A stretch of 64,000 bases of DNA from Sedimentisphaerales bacterium (GTDB lineage Bacteria > Planctomycetota > Phycisphaerae > Sedimentisphaerales > Anaerobacaceae): contig JAXGYC010000010.1 in the NCBI GenBank assembly GCA_040772485.1, forward strand, positions 96,001 through 160,000. Reading direction: 5' to 3'. Position 1 is the first letter of the stretch. Each line of letters begins with the position of its first letter. The notes beneath the pieces were generated by a model, which was not told the origin of the DNA, searched no databases, and saw only the letters and a program-made list of their open reading frames with translations. This document shows, piece by piece, positions 59,601 to 64,000 of this stretch. Both the position numbers and the translations under genes were made by a program.

Positions 59601-60953
59601 GTTCGCCATGGTCCCGAGGGCCGCGGTATTGCCCATGTCCTTGTGCAGGCGGCGCAGCAGCTCGTCCTTGATGAAGGGATTGCTCTGGTCGTTGTGGCCG
59701 GCGCGAAGAACGATGCTCTTGAACCGTTCGGCGTTCGATTCGGCGAACAGCGGCTGCTCCAGCCAGCTCGCCCCATACTGGCCCCGGAAGTAGAGCCGGA
59801 GGCTGAACTTTCCGCTGCCCGACCAGCGACCGCTCTGTCGCACATAGCGGGGACGCATGTAGGGGCTGCCGTGGACGCGCAGGCCGCAGTCAATCTGAAA
59901 CGCGCCGTCGTCCTGCGGGATGAGCCATTCGCATGAGACGGGCCGTTCCAGATCCCGGTCGTTGGGGTTGTTGTAGCTGTCAGGCCCGCTGGATGTCCAA
60001 ACGCCGTTGACGTAGGAGCCTCCGACGATGGCCATGACCCCGTCCGGCTCATAGAAGGTCTTGCCGGGGTCGCCCACCAGCGAGATCACCGGCAGCGACC
60101 GAATGCTCTCCGAGGCGCCGAGGATATACGTGTGCGTGTGGACCTTCGAGGGCTTCCAGCCGGGCTTGATCGCCATCGCGCGCAGGCACGTGGTCGTGCC
60201 GACCCGCAGGGGTGCCGCATAGGGCCGACCGGGCGGGAAACGGCCCGACTCGTCGTTGGGGACCCGGCCGTTGGTGGTGTAGATGATCTCGGCCCCCTCG
60301 GTGGCGCATGTGATGACCAGGTCGAACGTTCCATCGTAGAAGCCGCGCTCGTGGCTGAACCGCAGCGGAGCCACCTCGCCGAGATAGCCTTCGTTGTTGG
60401 GCTGGCCCGGCGTGGGAAGACCGAAGAACCGCAGAGCGTCCCCGCCGTCGGGATGGCGACCGAACGACACGTCGGCCGTCTGTTCGCCAAAGGCCAGACG
60501 ATCGATCAGGGTCGTCCCATCGGCGTCCAACAGGCAAACCTCGTCCCCGGAGGCATCGAGCTTGAAACTCGCGTGAAGCTTGAACATCGGGTGGATGCCG
60601 CCGTCGTTCACCTCCTCGTCGGCCCAGACAATCAGAAACCCTCCGGGTCCGATGGTCGTTACGTCAGGCTCGTCGGTGGGGAACCGCCACTTCACCGGTT
60701 CGGTCGGGTCGTCCGTCAGGTACATCCCCCCCACGTCCAACGGCGTCCGGCCGGCGTTGTAGATTTCGATCCAGTCGTCGAAATCCAACTGAAGGTCGCG
60801 AACGGTGCTGACGTTCGAGGCCATCACCTCGTTGATGAACAGCCCAATCCCCGCGGCGCCCGCTTCCTGCGTCAGATCGGCCGCGCCGCTCGATCCGGCC
60901 GTGGCCGCCGCCAGCCATCCACAGAACAGACACGTCGCAATCGCATTTCGCAT
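56604..60953 (-). CDS. Secreted lamin-tail-domain / CotH-kinase family protein
   Basis: Multiple LTD motifs (INEVMASN..DWIEIYN, ISEIMYHP, INELLAN, ITEIMYN) and a CotH-like core (LRAGHND, DWPQNNW, VWDAE). Confidence 0.88.
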   Translation of the reverse strand: MRNAIATCLFCGWLAAATAGSSGAADLTQEAGAAGIGLFINEVMASNVSTVRDLQLDFDDWIEIYNAGRTPLDVGGMYLTDDPTEPVKWRFPTDEPDVTTIGPGGFLIVWADEEVNDGGIHPMFKLHASFKLDASGDEVCLLDADGTTLIDRLAFGEQTADVSFGRHPDGGDALRFFGLPTPGQPNNEGYLGEVAPLRFSHERGFYDGTFDLVITCATEGAEIIYTTNGRVPNDESGRFPPGRPYAAPLRVGTTTCLRAMAIKPGWKPSKVHTHTYILGASESIRSLPVISLVGDPGKTFYEPDGVMAIVGGSYVNGVWTSSGPDSYNNPNDRDLERPVSCEWLIPQDDGAFQIDCGLRVHGSPYMRPRYVRQSGRWSGSGKFSLRLYFRGQYGASWLEQPLFAESNAERFKSIVLRAGHNDQSNPFIKDELLRRLHKDMGNTAALGTMANLFINGEYKGYFNPTEHIKEEACQQWFDSDRPWDVMTMNGIRDGDTRSWDAMMEFARTHNLDDAADYEQMGRLLDIPSFVDYLIIRLWPNDWDWPQNNWAAAAERSPTGRWKFFVWDAEGTFESNQLTVNRLSELNSQSNANGILYRALKSSRQFRQLFGDRLYRHFYNGGALASQNVHARFNALRDELQGVIGNMNSYILNTWLPGRADIFMAACMNEGLYTFDGPILAVNTSYRQGGYASAGDLLYLIPPYNGANVYYSLDGTDPGEAQAAIPPTITRLVPQSAAKYVRVPTGPDLENWTNPRAYEDSQWTIARGSPGGIGFERGSGYESYISVDVEEQMYGVNGSCYIRIPFEFTGDRSALHTMTLKMRYDDGFVAYLNGTEVARRNCSGEPAWNSVASASHDDAAAVVFEAVDISAHIPSLRSGYNLLAIHGLNVSPTSSDFLIAAELEVADRVTVEEPEDALRYTGPIPLTTSTHVKARALVGGVWSALNEATFAVGPVAESLRISEIMYHPVDPNAEYLELTNVGPVPVNLNLVRFTDGIDFVFPDVELTPGGHLLVVKDLATFEASYGAGLPVAGQYTGSLNNAGEQIEVCDAAGAVIQTVRYRDDWYGITDGADFSLTARNPRGTNAWNHGDAWRPSAVAGGSPGFDDTGLVPAPGAIVINELLANSSGGVPDWIELHNTTDEPVDVGGWFLSDSANDLTRYEIAPGTTIPAQGCLVLSEDQHFGNEGDPGCHRAFGLSRSGETLYLHSGSSGVLTGYSEAVAFGPSASGVTLGRHRTSTGASHFAAMSQPTPGQRNTYPQVGPVVITEIMYNPGLSQHAEYIELLNIGDSDVVFYDFERETPWRLSDDPDYPSVEFLFPDDPPVTLSPKRYLVLTKDRALLASAYSVGMSAQILEWGIGLLNNATGTIQLSVPGDLADDGQREWICVERVRYSDGSRHEDFPAGRDLWPAGADGSGLSLSRTRADRYSDDPNNWQGATPSVGAARGRYAP

Positions 60954-61183
60954 GGTTGGTCCTTACACCCCATCTCCTCACCGGCAGCACGTGGGCATGC
61001 CATAGTATAGCAGATGCACCCGCGAAAATCGAGCGACATCTGCTGTAGTCCGGCCAACAAAACAGTTGCTCCCCAATGCCGAGGTGATTATCTTGACCGC
61101 GACGTGGGTGCGTTCTTGGCGACGCCTGCACTCTTGCACGACATGCAGTGACAACGGCTACGGAAGGGTAGTGCGCTCGTAAG

Positions 61184-62554
61184 ATGGCGGAATTGCAGGA
61201 ACAACTGCTTCAGGAAATCGGGCCTTTGCTCGACAGCGAGAACCGGGCGACGCTCCGTGAGCTGCTGTACGACTGGCGCACCAGCGACATCTCCGAGATC
61301 GTCGAGCTGGTCGACGATGACCGCCGGCGGCTGATCTTCGACGTTCTGGAGACCCCGGTAGCGGCCGAGGTCATGGAGAAGGTCAACGAGGCGACGCGGG
61401 CCCGTCTCTTCGAGGTCCTCAAAGAGGAGGAGTTGCAGCGGATCTTCTCCGAGATGGACTGGGACGACGCCGCCGATCTCCTGGCGGAGATGCCTGAGGA
61501 AGTCGCCGACAAGGTCCTGCACAGCCTGTCGCAGACGGATCGCCTCCAGATCCACAAGCTGATGCGGTACTCGGCGGACTCGGCCGGCGGCATCATGGAC
61601 CCCCTGGTGATCAGCGTGGCGGAGGATGCGACGATCGCCGAGGCCGTCAGCGAAATTCGCATGGCCGCCATCGAGGAGGATTTCTACTGCATTTACGTGG
61701 TGGACCGGGGCGGACGTTTCATTGGGGAGGTGCGCATTCGGTTCCTGCTGACCCGGCCCGAGAACACGCGTGTCGGCGACCTGGTGGATCCGGACGCGAT
61801 CTACGTCCGAACGGACACGGACCAGGAAGAGGTTCGGAACATCTTCAGCAAGAACAATCTGATCGTTGTTCCCGTTCTCGACGCCAACCACAAACTCGTG
61901 GGACGTATCACGGCCGACCGCGTCATCGAAGTGGCGGAAGAGGAGGCGGCCGAAGACGTCTACACGATGGCCGGCACGGACGCGGACGAACTGGAGACCT
62001 TCTCCGCCGCGCGTGCGGCCCGGATTCGGATGACCTGGCTGCTGCCCTGCCTGCTGGGTACAGGCGTCACGGCCACGGTTATGAGTCTCTTCGGAACACA
62101 CTATCAGCCGGTCTACCTGGCCGCGGTGGCCTTCGTCCCGATGATCGCCGCCATCAGCGGCAACGCCGGTTTGCAGACCTCCGCCATTGTCGTCTCCGGT
62201 CTGGCCACCGGCCACCTGGCGGCTCTGAAGCTCAGCACGGTGTTCACTCGCGAAGTGCGCATCGCTCTGCTGGTGGCCCTGTCCTGCGGCATCGTAGGCG
62301 CCGTGATATGCAGCATTCTGATCCACTATCGTCCGGCCCAGCACACCATTGAGCCGGTCGAACTGGTTTTCGCCTTCGGAACCGCCATGTTCTCGGCCAT
62401 CATGGTCGCGACCACTCTGGGGCTGGTTCTGCCCTTTCTGTTCCGCCGGATCGGCATCGACCCGGCCATCAGCTCGGGACCGCTGGTGACCACAGCCAAC
62501 GACTCCATCAGCGTGGCCATCTACATGGCGTTGGCGGTCGCACTGGCCAGTTGA
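61184..62554 (+). CDS. mgtE: Magnesium transporter MgtE
   Basis: N-domain plus CBS pair; GNAGLQT and IDPAISSGPLVTTAND motifs. Confidence 0.95.
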   Translation: MAELQEQLLQEIGPLLDSENRATLRELLYDWRTSDISEIVELVDDDRRRLIFDVLETPVAAEVMEKVNEATRARLFEVLKEEELQRIFSEMDWDDAADLLAEMPEEVADKVLHSLSQTDRLQIHKLMRYSADSAGGIMDPLVISVAEDATIAEAVSEIRMAAIEEDFYCIYVVDRGGRFIGEVRIRFLLTRPENTRVGDLVDPDAIYVRTDTDQEEVRNIFSKNNLIVVPVLDANHKLVGRITADRVIEVAEEEAAEDVYTMAGTDADELETFSAARAARIRMTWLLPCLLGTGVTATVMSLFGTHYQPVYLAAVAFVPMIAAISGNAGLQTSAIVVSGLATGHLAALKLSTVFTREVRIALLVALSCGIVGAVICSILIHYRPAQHTIEPVELVFAFGTAMFSAIMVATTLGLVLPFLFRRIGIDPAISSGPLVTTANDSISVAIYMALAVALAS

Positions 62555-62573
62555 ACGACCCCTCCTCCGGTGT

Positions 62574-63320
62574 TCACCTGGAAGCCTGACGACGTCGCAG
62601 GAACTGACGAATGTTCCGGATGCGCAGATCGAACGTGGGATGGGTGGAGAAGTACTCGCCCAGATCCAGCGGGCCGGCCGACGTTTTCAGTTCGGCCAGG
62701 CGTTCGAGCAATCGGATCGATGCCTGCGGATCATAACCTGCCGCTGCGGCCAGCCGCACTCCCAGCCTGTCGGCGTCCAGCTCGTGGTCGCGCGAATAGG
62801 CGGTCTCCAGGAACTGCACGCCCACCTGTCGCAGCCACCCGCCCAAAAGCCCCTTCACGGGAGCCGCGCGCGAAGCGACGGACACCGCCGAATTGGTCAC
62901 GATCCGCTCGATGGCATGACCGCTGATGATATGCCCCATCTCGTGGCCCAGGACGAAGGCCAGCTCGTCGCGCCCACCCCGGCACAGGTCGATGATGGGC
63001 CGGCTGACAAAGACGAAACCGCCGGGCAGCGCAAACGCATTCGGCTCGGCGGCGGAAAACGCATCGAATTGGAACGAACGCTGCTTGCTCGCCACGCATG
63101 CGGCCAGCCGCGATCCGGCGTCATCAAGGGCCTCTCTGACCGCAGGATCATCGTCCAGTGGAACCTGCTCGTGGACCTCCCGGGCCAGATCCAGTCCGAC
63201 ATCGTGTTCCAGCCGGATCATCTCGCCTTCGGTGGCAGTCAGCGATCCCCAGAGCCATCGGGCTTTGCGGACTGTGGGACCGGCTTTCCTGCCCAGGTTG
63301 TAGAACAGATTACCCGCCAT
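62574..63320 (-). CDS. M48 family metalloprotease
   Basis: PNAFALPGG, GHEMGH, YSRDHELDAD and STHP motifs. Confidence 0.92.
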   Translation of the reverse strand: MAGNLFYNLGRKAGPTVRKARWLWGSLTATEGEMIRLEHDVGLDLAREVHEQVPLDDDPAVREALDDAGSRLAACVASKQRSFQFDAFSAAEPNAFALPGGFVFVSRPIIDLCRGGRDELAFVLGHEMGHIISGHAIERIVTNSAVSVASRAAPVKGLLGGWLRQVGVQFLETAYSRDHELDADRLGVRLAAAAGYDPQASIRLLERLAELKTSAGPLDLGEYFSTHPTFDLRIRNIRQFLRRRQASR

Positions 63321-63541
63321 GTGTCACATCCGGATTCTTCATGGACGCCCTGTCCCTCCTGCGGGCGACGACCGGGCATCCGGCGTTCACTATAGCATCC
63401 GTGACGGAGCCATCAAAGCAAAAGGACCGCACCCGCCTCGTCGAATCGTTCGTCCGGGCATCGCGGACCACAGCGTGTGCACCACGGGAATGGCCCTGTT
63501 AAATGGGGGCAGGAATCCATTGTCTGGCGAATGTATCAAGC

Positions 63542-63569
63542 TTGACAACAGCCGCCATTGTCTTATAAT
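63542..63569 (+). promoter_or_regulatory. Consensus sigma70 promoter upstream of pilT
   Basis: TTGACA-N16-TATAAT. Confidence 0.7.
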
Positions 63570-63696
63570 ATGGGATTGTAAGGGTTTGTTTCTGCAAATC
63601 TTACCGTAAGAAATGGGTCGGCGAGTGACCCGTCCGTGCGCTGCGGTCGTCGCGGCGTGAGGGTAGGTGTTCTCGTCTTTTGGAGCAGGCCGCACG

Positions 63697-64000
63697 ATGA
63701 CGTCGGACCAACCGCTGGACGCCCACAAGGCGCTCGATCATGAGCCCCAGTTGGACAAATACTTCAAGGTCGCCATCAAGACGCTCGCCAACGACATCCA
63801 CCTGAAAGTCGGCCAGCCACCGAAGCTCCGGCTGCAAGGCATACTGAAAAACACGACCGGAGACGTGCTGACGGCCGAACGCATGGAGGAACTGGTGTTC
63901 GAGATCATGAGCCCGAGCCAGAAGGACTTCTTTCTGAAGAACGGGACACTGGATTTCGCGCATGAGATCGGCAAGGAACATCGGTTCCGCATCAACGTCT
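63697..64000 (+). CDS. pilT: PilT/PilU type IV pilus retraction ATPase, 3'-truncated by window edge
   Basis: Translated by hand: NDIHLKVGQPPKLRLQG...LDFAHEIGKEHRFRINV, the PilT N-domain signature. GGAG RBS. Not in the ORF track because no stop lies within the window. Confidence 0.85.
   Translation, partial: MTSDQPLDAHKALDHEPQLDKYFKVAIKTLANDIHLKVGQPPKLRLQGILKNTTGDVLTAERMEELVFEIMSPSQKDFFLKNGTLDFAHEIGKEHRFRINV

Noticed and set aside
57336..59936. 866-aa plus-strand ORF
   Set aside because: Antisense to the LTD/CotH gene.
60954..61183. M-box riboswitch upstream of mgtE
   Set aside because: The conserved M-box sequence core was not seen.

Overview
A GC-rich, gene-dense chromosomal window. The gene repertoire suggests an anaerobic Planctomycetota, probably Phycisphaerae/Sedimentisphaerales-like: a prepilin/H-X9-DG protein, a lamin-tail/CotH protein, a Tat glycoside hydrolase, a MacAB-TolC system with a low-complexity tail, and HydF (inference, not database-checked). 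About 50 CDSs are supported. Housekeeping and metabolism: pncA-pncB, truA, asd, pgi, glycerate kinase, tdh-kbl, mgtE, partial pilT. Others: a divergent hydF, a degP / ECF sigma-anti-sigma-signal peptidase locus, a KamA radical SAM enzyme, an Rnk/GreA-family fusion in a small-ORF cluster, an efflux system with tandem-duplicated permeases, and several secreted glycan or surface proteins. I saw no rRNA, tRNA, CRISPR array, integrase or transposase, but several GTAG-type REP-like palindromes and heptamer arrays occur. The best candidates for undescribed elements are: (i) a ~163-nt promoter- and terminator-bounded non-coding transcript at 29619-29781 (-); (ii) a switch-like structured leader upstream of kamA; (iii) an ECF module with its own signal peptidase, whose promoter motif recurs before degP and a 61-aa small ORF; (iv) a small-ORF/Rnk-fusion/YitT cluster. 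All calls come from motif recognition by eye. Start codons are best guesses.
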